This document shows positions 1 through 8,000 of a stretch of DNA of 38,557 bases, one piece after another. The translations under genes were made by a program, and so were the position numbers. The first letter of the stretch is position 1; every line of letters starts with the position of its first letter. Below the pieces are notes generated by a model that was given only the letters and a program-made list of their open reading frames with translations, did no database searches and was not told the origin of the DNA. The DNA comes from an uncultured Candidatus Saccharibacteria bacterium (GTDB lineage: Bacteria; Patescibacteriota; Saccharimonadia; Saccharimonadales; CAZNVG01), in NCBI GenBank assembly GCA_964617855.1, contig CAZTXC010000002.1, forward strand, positions 1 through 38,557, in the 5' to 3' direction.

Positions 1-99
1 GTCACAATCTGGTAATCAGAGAGTAATAAAACGTAACAACACGCATAGTGTTCCTCCCGATGTTATCGGGCTCGTGCGTGCGAAGGAGGAAAAGGACAC

Positions 100-846
100 A
101 TGGCAGTAACTATTGATATTAAGCAATTGCTCGAAGCAGGCGCTCACTTTGGTCATAAGACCAGCCGCTGGCACCCTAAAATGAAACCCTACATCCACTC
201 ATGGCGTGGAGGGGTGCATATTATTGATCTAGCTCAGACAGTGGTGGCCATCGAGAAGGCAACCAAATTCGTAGAAGAAGTGGCCGCTAAAAACCGTCAG
301 GTTCTATTTGTTGGCACTAAACGACAAGCTCAGGATATTATCAAGGCCGCAGCCGAAGGTGTCGGTATGCCATACGTTACAGAGCGTTGGCTCGGTGGTT
401 TGCTGACCAATACAAAGACGGTTGCCGGCCGAATCAAGTATCTAAAGGACCAAGAAGCAAAGATGGCTTCAGGTGAACTGGCAGCCAAGTACAATAAGCT
501 TGAGTTACAGCGCCAACAAGAAGAAATTGACGCACTGAATGTCAACTTTGGTGGAATCAAAGAGATGGCGGGTATGCCCGGAGCAATTTTTATTAGTGAC
601 GTACTCACTGACAAGATCGCTGTTAAAGAAGCCCAGCGTTTAGGCATTCCAATCATTGGTATAGTCGACACAAACGCCGACCCAACAGCAATTGACTATC
701 CAATTCCAGCAAATGATGATGCAATCAAGAGCATCAGTTTGATCACTAGCTACATAACGTCAGCAATTGAAGCTGGTAAGGGCAAAACCAAAGCAGATAA
801 GACGGATGACACTAAAAAAGCTGCTTCTGCAGCAGACAAGGAGTAA
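100..846 (+). CDS. rpsB: 30S ribosomal protein S2
   Basis: 248-aa ORF. The N-terminus MAVTIDIKQLLEAGAHFGHKTSRWHPKM is the canonical S2 signature. GAAGGAGG Shine-Dalgarno at 82-89. Confidence 0.97.
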   Translation: MAVTIDIKQLLEAGAHFGHKTSRWHPKMKPYIHSWRGGVHIIDLAQTVVAIEKATKFVEEVAAKNRQVLFVGTKRQAQDIIKAAAEGVGMPYVTERWLGGLLTNTKTVAGRIKYLKDQEAKMASGELAAKYNKLELQRQQEEIDALNVNFGGIKEMAGMPGAIFISDVLTDKIAVKEAQRLGIPIIGIVDTNADPTAIDYPIPANDDAIKSISLITSYITSAIEAGKGKTKADKTDDTKKAASAADKE

Positions 847-850
847 CAAA

Positions 851-1447
851 ATGGCAGTATCCCTAGATGAAGTAAAGCGTTTGCGCGACCTAACTGGTGT
901 TGGCTTAACTGATGCTAAGCAAGCACTTGAAGCAGCTAATGGCGACTTTGATAAGGCCTTGGATGAAATGCGCAAAAAAGGCATGACAAAGGCTGAGAAA
1001 CGCGGTGAGCGTGAGGCGCGAGCAGGGGTAATTGGTACATACAACCACGATAATCGCATTGGCGTGCTGGTTGAAGTTAACTGCGAAACTGATTTCGTCG
1101 CACGTAACGAAGTCTTCGCTGAATTAGTCAAAGACATCGCTATGCATATTGCTGCTAGCGCTCCAGAATTCGTATCAGTCGACGATATTCCCGAAGATGT
1201 CCAGGCAAAAACCAAAGACGAATTTACTGACAAGGCAAAAGCTGATGGCAAGCCAGAAAATATGCTGGAGCAAATTGTGACTGGGATGGTTAAAAAGCAT
1301 TTCGCGGAACGCTGTTTACTCGACCAGCCCTTCATTAAGAATCCTGACCAGACAGTGGGCCAGCTAGTCCAAGAAGCCAACGCTAAGTTGGGAGAGAACA
1401 TTGTTGTTCGTCGCTTTACTCGCTTAGCTCTCGGTGAAGTAGCGTAG
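851..1447 (+). CDS. tsf: Translation elongation factor Ts (short form, 198 aa)
   Basis: MAVSLDEVKRLRDLTGVGLTDAKQALEAANGDFDKALDEMRKKG is a UBA-like EF-Ts N-terminus. ATG 851 lies 4 nt after the rpsB stop with GGAG upstream. The track ORF start at 767 overlaps rpsB and is unlikely. Confidence 0.95.
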   Translation: MAVSLDEVKRLRDLTGVGLTDAKQALEAANGDFDKALDEMRKKGMTKAEKRGEREARAGVIGTYNHDNRIGVLVEVNCETDFVARNEVFAELVKDIAMHIAASAPEFVSVDDIPEDVQAKTKDEFTDKAKADGKPENMLEQIVTGMVKKHFAERCLLDQPFIKNPDQTVGQLVQEANAKLGENIVVRRFTRLALGEVA

Positions 1448-1490
1448 AGCAAGTAATTTCGGTTACAATAGCAATAGAAAGCGAGGTGGT

Positions 1491-2054
1491 ATGACAGCTC
1501 AAGAATTGATTGATGATGTAGAACTACGTTTTGATGAAGCCTTAGAGCACTTTGAGGCCGCCAGCAAGAAAATCCGTACTGGCCGAGCGCATCCTAGCAT
1601 GCTCGATGATGTCAAAGTTGAGGCTTATGGCGTTTCTGTACCGCTCAATCAAGCGGCCACAGTCAACGCAGTCGAGGCGCAACTGATTCAAATCACGCCA
1701 TTTGACCCGAATAACTTACAGGCTATCGCTGATGCTATTCGCAATGATCAAACACTTGGTTTAAACCCATCGGATGATGGGCGGGTAGTCAGGGTACCAA
1801 TCCCAGCGCTAAACACCGAACGTCGTCAGGAAATCGTTAAGCAACTCAACGAAAAAGTAGAGGAATGCAACATTGCACTCCGTAACATTCGCCATGATGT
1901 ATTGAATGAGCTTAAAAAGGCCGTTTCCGACAAGGACATTAGTCAAGACGATTCAACTCGCTACGAAAAACAGATCGAAGATAGCCTAGCTAAAGTGCGT
2001 AGCAAAGTGCAAGCCCTGGCGAGTAGTAAAGAACAAGAGATTATGTCCGTGTAA
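1491..2054 (+). CDS. frr: Ribosome recycling factor
   Basis: 187-aa ORF with typical RRF sequence (RTGRAHPSMLD..., PIPALNTERRQE). GAGGTGG SD upstream. Confidence 0.95.
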   Translation: MTAQELIDDVELRFDEALEHFEAASKKIRTGRAHPSMLDDVKVEAYGVSVPLNQAATVNAVEAQLIQITPFDPNNLQAIADAIRNDQTLGLNPSDDGRVVRVPIPALNTERRQEIVKQLNEKVEECNIALRNIRHDVLNELKKAVSDKDISQDDSTRYEKQIEDSLAKVRSKVQALASSKEQEIMSV

Positions 2055-2087
2055 ATACACGGTTCGGTAGGGTACTATAGGAGGGTT

Positions 2088-3191
2088 ATGCTTTTTGTCT
2101 TAGCAATTATTCTGTTCATTTTGCTCGTTGTAGTTCACGAATTCGGGCACTTCATTGTTGCCAGACGAAACGGTGTTGAAGTTGAGGAGTTTGGCATTTT
2201 CTTTCCGCCTCGGCTGTTCGTTTGGAAGCGTAAGGGGGACAAGACAGAATACTCACTCAACCTATTGCCATTGGGTGGGTTTGTTCAGTTAAAAGGTGAG
2301 AGCGACACCGACACTGCTAAAGGAAGTTACGGGGCAGCGACGCTAAAGACCAAAACTAAAATTATGCTGGCGGGTGTTGGCATGAATTTGTTCTGTGCAT
2401 TTGTCATCTTTTTAGGCCTAAGCCTTACCGGCATGCCGCAAATCATCGATAACCAATTCAGTGTCGCCAGTGATGCACGCGTGATTCGTGACTACGAGAA
2501 CAAAGGGCTAGTTTTTGTTGGTCGTGTGGCAAGCGGCTCGCCGGCAGAACGAGCTGGTATTAAGACTGGTGACGAAGTGGTGGCGATAGGCGACCGACAG
2601 ATTGATTCGCCAAATGACCTCGTTGAAGCGAGTCGCCAGAGGGCAGGTGAAACGACTGCAGTGACAATTCGCCGTGCAGGTTCCTCGAGTGACGTGTCCG
2701 TAACCTTCAATAAAGATCCAAGTGGTGGCAAGGGTTACCTGGGTGTAGCGGCTGAGTCGGGTGAGAAGGGCGTCAAGGTTGTTCGTGCAACGTGGTCTGC
2801 CCCGATTGTCGCTGCGGGCACCATAAAACAATTAACTCAACTGACCATTGGTGGTTTGGGTTCATTGCTCGGCGATGTATTTAGGGGTAATGGCTCCCAA
2901 GCTGCGGATCAAGTTACTGGGCCAGTGGGTATTGTACGGATCCTCAAGGATAATGCGAGCGCAGGGCTCGGCGTCATACTCTGGCTTATTGCGTACCTGT
3001 CGCTAACTCTGGCCATAATGAATTTGCTACCGATTCCAGCGCTGGATGGCGGCAAGTTGTATACAACGCTTGTCTACCGCGCTCTGAGACGACGTCTAAC
3101 TCCAAAAGCTGAAAAACTTATTTATGGCAGTAGTTTTGCTTTCCTGTTGCTACTGTTTGTACTTATAACGTACATCGATGTCCGACGCTGA
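2088..3191 (+). CDS. rseP: Site-2 (M50) intramembrane zinc metalloprotease RseP with PDZ domain
   Basis: HEFGHF (HExxH) in the first TM helix, a central PDZ-like segment (GSPAERAGIKTGDEVVAIG), and C-terminal NLLPIPALDGG. AGGAGGG SD upstream. Confidence 0.9.
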   Translation: MLFVLAIILFILLVVVHEFGHFIVARRNGVEVEEFGIFFPPRLFVWKRKGDKTEYSLNLLPLGGFVQLKGESDTDTAKGSYGAATLKTKTKIMLAGVGMNLFCAFVIFLGLSLTGMPQIIDNQFSVASDARVIRDYENKGLVFVGRVASGSPAERAGIKTGDEVVAIGDRQIDSPNDLVEASRQRAGETTAVTIRRAGSSSDVSVTFNKDPSGGKGYLGVAAESGEKGVKVVRATWSAPIVAAGTIKQLTQLTIGGLGSLLGDVFRGNGSQAADQVTGPVGIVRILKDNASAGLGVILWLIAYLSLTLAIMNLLPIPALDGGKLYTTLVYRALRRRLTPKAEKLIYGSSFAFLLLLFVLITYIDVRR

Positions 3192-3909
3192 GCCCGTCAA
3201 GACCACTGACAAGGTAAGTCCTATTACAGGGTATGGTGCCGTTAGCAGCTTATTCTTGGGAACGGCACTATTCTTTCTGCCACAAATGTATGTAGGTATC
3301 TTGTTATGGCTTCTAAGTTTGATTGGCATCAAGCTTGGCAGTAGTGATGTGCGGTCATATTTTGTCGTCAACTTGTTAGTGGCGGTATGTATGGTTGGCT
3401 TACTCAGGCTCATTATCCGACCACGGAAACATAGGGTGGTAGAACTGTTCGGAACGCTTCGCAAGAAATGGCACCTTCTGTTGGTTCCAGTGTCATTCGG
3501 GGCTTATTTTGTGACGCTGATGGTTGTTTATGCCCTGGCAGAACAGTTTGTGACAAAAATCAATCTCGATCAGGAACAACTCAACCCATTCAAATCAGCA
3601 AGCGCTCCCTGGGAAGTAGCGTTGGCATTCGTTGGGCTCGTTATAGTAGCCCCAATTGCAGAAGAGTTACTCTTTAGGGGGTTCATGTATCAGGGTCTTA
3701 AGGCTCGGCTGCCGAAATTCGGTGCAGCAGTCGTTGTGTCTGTATTGTTTGGTCTGGCGCATGGCCAAATAAATGTCGCTATTGATACGTTTGTGTTATC
3801 AATGTTTTTGGTACTTCTGGTGGAGAAGACTGGGTCTTTGGTGCCGGCTATACTTCTACACGCCACGAAGAACTTGCTAGCGTTTGTAATAATATTCTTC
3901 GTTAAATAA
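3178..3909 (+). CDS. CPBP-family (CAAX-type) intramembrane glutamic endopeptidase
   Basis: Polytopic membrane ORF carrying the CPBP motifs EELLFRGF, FGLAHG and LLHATKN. Overlaps the rseP stop by 14 nt. Confidence 0.8.
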   Translation: MSDAEPVKTTDKVSPITGYGAVSSLFLGTALFFLPQMYVGILLWLLSLIGIKLGSSDVRSYFVVNLLVAVCMVGLLRLIIRPRKHRVVELFGTLRKKWHLLLVPVSFGAYFVTLMVVYALAEQFVTKINLDQEQLNPFKSASAPWEVALAFVGLVIVAPIAEELLFRGFMYQGLKARLPKFGAAVVVSVLFGLAHGQINVAIDTFVLSMFLVLLVEKTGSLVPAILLHATKNLLAFVIIFFVK

Positions 3910-3910
3910 A

Positions 3911-3939
3911 TTGCTGCTATTCGTGCATTGTGGCATAAT
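3911..3939 (+). promoter_or_regulatory. Putative sigma70-type promoter: TTGCTG, 17 nt, TGgCATAAT (extended -10)
   Basis: -35 at 3911-3916, 17-nt spacer, TGg at 3931-3933, CATAAT at 3934-3939. Located directly after the CPBP stop. Confidence 0.45.
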
Positions 3940-3948
3940 CATTTCGTC

Positions 3949-3993
3949 ATGAAACAAATTTTGCAAATTAATCAGGTACCGCCAGCTCTGTAG
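3949..3993 (+). CDS. Candidate 14-aa leader peptide MKQILQINQVPPAL
   Basis: ATG lies 9 nt after the CATAAT hexamer, the same geometry as several real genes here. Two adjacent Pro codons (CCG CCA, 3979-3984). TAG stop lies 23 nt before the terminator hairpin. No homology evidence. Confidence 0.3.
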   Translation: MKQILQINQVPPAL

Positions 3994-4016
3994 GGGTCTT
4001 GCGAACTGTTTGCAGT

Positions 4017-4043
4017 GCCCCCGCTACTACGCGGGGGCTTTTT
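4017..4043 (+). terminator. Rho-independent terminator or attenuator hairpin
   Basis: GCCCCCGC (4017-4024), loop TACTAC, GCGGGGGC (4031-4038), then TTTTT (4039-4043). It is the only strong GC-stem plus T-tract terminator I can find in the window. Confidence 0.8.
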
Positions 4044-4058
4044 AATGGAGAAAGTACA

Positions 4059-4853
4059 ATGGAACAAACGGAACTACTCGTGGTTAAGGTGGGGACAACG
4101 TCACTCACTAAGGATGGCTTGCTTGATCAGAGTCGATTTGACGACTTGGCAAACCAGATTCTTGACCTACCTAGCGGGTTAGGAGTTGTAGTTGTTACGT
4201 CGGCAGCGATTAGCGCTGGAGCCGCAGAGCTTGGAGTTGATCGTCGAGATTTTGAAGGAGACGTAGATGGCTTGAGTATGCTGGCTTCCGTTGGCCAACC
4301 CTTGATAATGGGGCGCTGGAGGCAGGCGTTTCATACTAAAAAATTTGTTGGGCAGCACGAAGTGACACCACGGGAGTTAAAAGAAGACCCACAAGAACGA
4401 GATCCTTACTTTCGTAAATTAGCCTATGCGTTGGGAAGAGGTATTGTCCCAATAGTCAACGAGAACGATGCTATTAGTGATGAGGAAATCAAGATCGGCG
4501 ATAACGACCAGTTAGCCGCACTCGTTACTGTTGGTTTGGGGCGCCTCGGGCTATGGAAGGAAGTTAGCTTGCTTAACTTGAGTGACATTGATGGGTTGTT
4601 TGATGGTGACCCAGGGCAGGAGGGCAGCAAACTCATTAACCGAGTTGACGACGTGCATGCTGCACGTGCGTGGGTTTCTGATAGTGCCAGTGGTCATGGT
4701 ACAGGTGGTGCAATCACCAAGCTTGATGCAGCCGAGATGGTAACACGGGCTGGCTTGACCATGCGCCTTGCCAATAGTCGGGCTGCGTCTGTGATTCAAC
4801 GGGCATTGCACAACGAGATAGGTACCTACTTTCCAGCGAGTAAGGTAGAATAG
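4059..4853 (+). CDS. proB: Glutamate 5-kinase, kinase domain only (no PUA domain)
   Basis: LLVVKVGTTSLT, VVVVTSAAISAG, NENDAISDEEIKIGDNDQLAALV and GTGGAITKLDAA are collinear with E. coli ProB. GGAG at 4047-4050. The TTG at 3999 in the ORF track lies inside the leader/terminator and is unlikely. Confidence 0.85.
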   Translation: MEQTELLVVKVGTTSLTKDGLLDQSRFDDLANQILDLPSGLGVVVVTSAAISAGAAELGVDRRDFEGDVDGLSMLASVGQPLIMGRWRQAFHTKKFVGQHEVTPRELKEDPQERDPYFRKLAYALGRGIVPIVNENDAISDEEIKIGDNDQLAALVTVGLGRLGLWKEVSLLNLSDIDGLFDGDPGQEGSKLINRVDDVHAARAWVSDSASGHGTGGAITKLDAAEMVTRAGLTMRLANSRAASVIQRALHNEIGTYFPASKVE

Positions 4854-4860
4854 GGCCAGT

Positions 4861-6288
4861 ATGAGCAAAAATCTACTACCAAAAAAATCAGAAAACATAT
4901 CAGAGTGGTACACAACTGTTATCCAGTTGGCCGACCTAGCTGACTATGGCCCGGTGAAGGGCACCATGATCATGAAGCCGTATGGGTACGCCATCTGGGA
5001 GCGTATTCAGGCAGTTCTCGATGAGAAGATAAAAGCACGTGGTGTCGGCAACGCCTATTTCCCGCTGTTGATACCAATGTCTTTTTTGGAAAAAGAGAAG
5101 AGCCATGTCGAAGGCTTTGCTCCCGAGCTGGCCGTTGTTACTCACGGTGGTGGTCAGCAGCTAGAGGAGCCAGTTGTGGTTCGTCCCACTAGCGAGACAG
5201 TCATGTACAACTCATTTGCAAAATGGGTCCAGTCTTGGCGCGACCTGCCGCTCCAGATGAATCAGTGGAATAATGTTGTTCGCTGGGAACTTCGAACGAC
5301 TCCATTCCTTCGTACAAGTGAGTTTTTATGGCAAGAAGGTCATACGGCCCATGCAACTCATGAGGAAGCAATTGAAACCCAGCGGTGGGCCATGGAGGCA
5401 TACGAGTCGGTCTATCGAGATGCAATGAGTCTTGCCGGATATGTTGGCTACAAATCAAAAAGTGAGACGTTTGCTGGCGCAGATAGTACGCTGACGTATG
5501 AGTCACTTATGCCGAGTGGCAAGGCTCTGCAATCGGCAACCTCCCACGATCTTGGTCAAAACTTTGCCAAGGTCTTCGACGTAAAATTTCAAGATAAGGA
5601 CGGTGGCGAGTCGTTTGTCTGGCAAACGAGCTGGGGCCTATCAACACGATCAATAGGCGGTCTTATTTTGGCGCACGGTGATGATAACGGCCTGGTTTTA
5701 CCACCAGTTCTAGCGCCGATTGAAATAGTCATTGTTCCCGTCAGATGTGATAACGACGAGGTGGTGCAGTACGCCAATGGCCTAGCTGAAGTATTACGCA
5801 AGGATGGTCGTAGGGTTGAGATAGATGTCCGAGATGACGAGTCGTTCGGCTATAGACTGAACAAATGGGAGGTTAAGGGCGTGCCATTGGTCTGCAAGAT
5901 AGGCGATCGCGAACTAGAAGGCAAGAATGTGACTGTTAAGCGGCGTGACACAGGTGAAGAAACAAGTATTGAAGCTGAAAAAGTCGTCGATGGTACGTCA
6001 AAATTGCTGCAGGCGATACAGGAGCAATTGCTAGCGTCGTCTGAAGCGTGGCGGGATGCCCAGACCCGTGAGGCTAAAACATACGATGAGTTTAAGCAGA
6101 TTCTTAAGGACCACAAAGGTTTTGTGAAGGTTACCTGGAACGATGATCCAGCTGTTGAAGCCGCAATTAAAGCAGACACCAAGGCGACGAGTCGGTGTCG
6201 TTTGGTGGGCGACGCTGCATCCGACTCCGTTGATTTTTATACTGGGGAGCCTGCGACTGACGTGTGGCTTTTCGCACAGTCTTACTAG
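4861..6288 (+). CDS. proS: Proline--tRNA ligase, archaeal/eukaryote-like type
   Basis: 475-aa class II aaRS. The SEWYTTVIQLADLADYGPVKGTMIMKPYGYAIWE N-terminus and C-terminal ...FAQSY ending in Tyr are typical of the short ProRS type that lacks the INS editing domain. Confidence 0.93.
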   Translation: MSKNLLPKKSENISEWYTTVIQLADLADYGPVKGTMIMKPYGYAIWERIQAVLDEKIKARGVGNAYFPLLIPMSFLEKEKSHVEGFAPELAVVTHGGGQQLEEPVVVRPTSETVMYNSFAKWVQSWRDLPLQMNQWNNVVRWELRTTPFLRTSEFLWQEGHTAHATHEEAIETQRWAMEAYESVYRDAMSLAGYVGYKSKSETFAGADSTLTYESLMPSGKALQSATSHDLGQNFAKVFDVKFQDKDGGESFVWQTSWGLSTRSIGGLILAHGDDNGLVLPPVLAPIEIVIVPVRCDNDEVVQYANGLAEVLRKDGRRVEIDVRDDESFGYRLNKWEVKGVPLVCKIGDRELEGKNVTVKRRDTGEETSIEAEKVVDGTSKLLQAIQEQLLASSEAWRDAQTREAKTYDEFKQILKDHKGFVKVTWNDDPAVEAAIKADTKATSRCRLVGDAASDSVDFYTGEPATDVWLFAQSY

Positions 6289-6305
6289 CAAGCTCGGTTG
6301 TTCGT

Positions 6306-6311
6306 TACAAT
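6306..6311 (+). promoter_or_regulatory. Putative -10 hexamer TACAAT for the mre operon
   Basis: TACAAT followed by 6 nt (gtatag) and GTG 6318. A weak TTACTA sits 18 nt upstream. Confidence 0.3.
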
Positions 6312-6317
6312 GTATAG

Positions 6318-7343
6318 GTGAACACGCGTAACCTGGGCATGCATCGTAATGTAATCGTTCTTGATATTGGGTCGCGCTATATCAAAGTTGGCGATTTGCG
6401 AAACAGCCGCATTCTAGTAGAGCCTAGTTGCGTTGCCCATCTTACGAATGGTCAGGTTGTGGCCGTTGGTAGCGCTGCAATTGAATATGAAGATCGCACA
6501 CCATCAGACACTTACGTTGTGTGGCCGTCACAGCAAGGCGTCATAGATGCGTACCAGCATGCAGTTGCGTTACAACAAACATTGCTTCAGAAATTGAGAG
6601 CTACGAACGGATTTTTTCAGCGATGTACTGTACTGCTCGTGCTGTCTGATGATATTAGTAGTGTCGCAAAGCGTACTGCCGTAGAAACGGTGCTAGATGC
6701 GGGGGCGTCAGAAGTCTATAGTGTTCGGCATTCTGTGGCGGCACTAGGAATAGTTAGCGCGAAAAGGCCGCGACGAGAAGTTGTAGTTAGTGTTGGCGCC
6801 GGAACGACTACTTTTTCTGCATACAGCAACTCCGGTGCAGTGTCATTTTATGCCTTTCCTTTCGGCGGGGACGTGATCACCGAACGTATTGCCCAGTTTG
6901 CTCGCGTCGAACTCGGGATGCAGTTAGGCTGGGGCAGGTGTGAACAAGTTAAGAGGCAGCATCTTACGGTTAGTCCGCATAATTCAGTTGGTCAACGCAC
7001 ATGGTTGTCTGGTAAGGCGACGGTAAGTGGACTGCCGGTTAGACGACGAGTTGACGTTACGGATTTTAATCAAGTGGTGGTTCGAGAGGTCAGAAATCTG
7101 GTTGAGTTTTTACGCGCCACTTTGCATAAACATGAGCATGCCGGCTCTGAGTTGTCGGTACGGGTGATTGGAGGCGGGGCTGGTCTCGATGGGCTAGCTC
7201 AGTATTTGAGCCGCGAGCTCAAAGTTGAAGTCAGCAAAGTGGCAAATCATCAAACCCATATAGTAGAGAACGCTGCGTTATTATGGCAAAAACCAGAGTA
7301 TCGGGTGTTTTTTCATCGTGAGGCCAAACGATGGCGAGGTTAA
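6318..7343 (+). CDS. mreB: Divergent MreB-like actin-family protein
   Basis: Collinear with MreB (LDIGSRYIKV..., VEPSCVA, GVIDAY, VVSVGAGTT, FGGD, VIGGGAGL) and followed by mreC/mreD/PBP2. Alternative start ATG 6339. Confidence 0.75.
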   Translation: MNTRNLGMHRNVIVLDIGSRYIKVGDLRNSRILVEPSCVAHLTNGQVVAVGSAAIEYEDRTPSDTYVVWPSQQGVIDAYQHAVALQQTLLQKLRATNGFFQRCTVLLVLSDDISSVAKRTAVETVLDAGASEVYSVRHSVAALGIVSAKRPRREVVVSVGAGTTTFSAYSNSGAVSFYAFPFGGDVITERIAQFARVELGMQLGWGRCEQVKRQHLTVSPHNSVGQRTWLSGKATVSGLPVRRRVDVTDFNQVVVREVRNLVEFLRATLHKHEHAGSELSVRVIGGGAGLDGLAQYLSRELKVEVSKVANHQTHIVENAALLWQKPEYRVFFHREAKRWRG

Positions 7344-7999
7344 AGCAGCAGAAGTTAGAGCGCGTGGCGTTATGGATAATGGGAGCACTTGCTTTATTGG
7401 GCGTTACTGGTCGATGGGCGCCATGGGAGAGCATTGTAGTGCGAAGCTCACAGTTTACAACTGGCCAAGTTACTCGCGTTAGTAGTCCCCTAGCTATTCC
7501 TGATGCCAAGGCTAGCGGACTTGGCCTTAAGCAAGAAAGTGCGTCAGTGATTTTGCGCCGAATAAGCCCATTTGTTAAGGAAGTGCTCGTGAACAAAGGG
7601 GCTTTGGATGGTGTCCGGCCTGGCATGTTGGTTATGAGCGACAACTGGTTGCTGGGTAAAGTTGTAAAAGTATCAAAAAAATCGGCTTGGGTTACATTAG
7701 TGAGCGACCCTTCTTTTCGAATCGGTGTGCAGATTGAAAGCCTCAATGCATTAGGTGTGTTGAAAGGAGCAGGTTCGGCACTATTTGTCGACCGAGTACC
7801 CACTGGCGCCCAGGTAGCATCACGCCTTGTTGTTACATATGGTGGAACTGAACAAGGTGTCGCAGGCTTGCCAGTTGGTATAACTAGCTCGAAACGAGTG
7901 TCAGTGAGTGATACAAGCCTAGAGAGGTGGCTCGTCGATCGTTCGCTACGCGAAGAGTTTGCATTGAACGCTAACATAATTTTTCCCGTGAGTAAGTAG
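7331..7999 (+). CDS. mreC: Rod shape-determining protein MreC
   Basis: N-terminal TM helix, then NKGALDGVRPGMLVMSDNWLLGKVVKVSKKSAWVTLVSDPSFRIGVQ, the typical MreC beta-barrel motif. Overlaps the mreB stop by 13 nt. Confidence 0.85.
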   Translation: MARLKQQKLERVALWIMGALALLGVTGRWAPWESIVVRSSQFTTGQVTRVSSPLAIPDAKASGLGLKQESASVILRRISPFVKEVLVNKGALDGVRPGMLVMSDNWLLGKVVKVSKKSAWVTLVSDPSFRIGVQIESLNALGVLKGAGSALFVDRVPTGAQVASRLVVTYGGTEQGVAGLPVGITSSKRVSVSDTSLERWLVDRSLREEFALNANIIFPVSK

Positions 8000-8000
8000 T

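Noticed and set aside
56-70. Hairpin CCCGAT-gtt-ATCGGG in the rpsB 5' leader as an S2 autoregulatory element
   Set aside because: It has only a 6-bp stem with a 3-nt loop. I cannot relate it to the known gammaproteobacterial rpsB leader pseudoknot, and the upstream context is truncated by the window edge.
760-1452. 230-aa ORF antisense to tsf
   Set aside because: It lies entirely within a confidently identified EF-Ts gene on the opposite strand. Its composition is Ser/Ala/Thr/Leu-rich, typical of the antisense frame, and it has no motif and no SD.
4055-4060. TACAAT overlapping the proB start codon as an independent proB promoter
   Set aside because: No -35 or TG extension is present, because the upstream sequence is the terminator stem. 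A TSS about 7 nt downstream would fall inside the conserved N-terminus, and the next in-frame start would truncate the kinase.
7231-7977. 248-aa ORF antisense to mreC
   Set aside because: It covers the same DNA as mreC, which has clear family motifs and operon context. The antisense product is Ser/Thr/Arg/Pro-rich with no recognisable domain. It is a shadow ORF.
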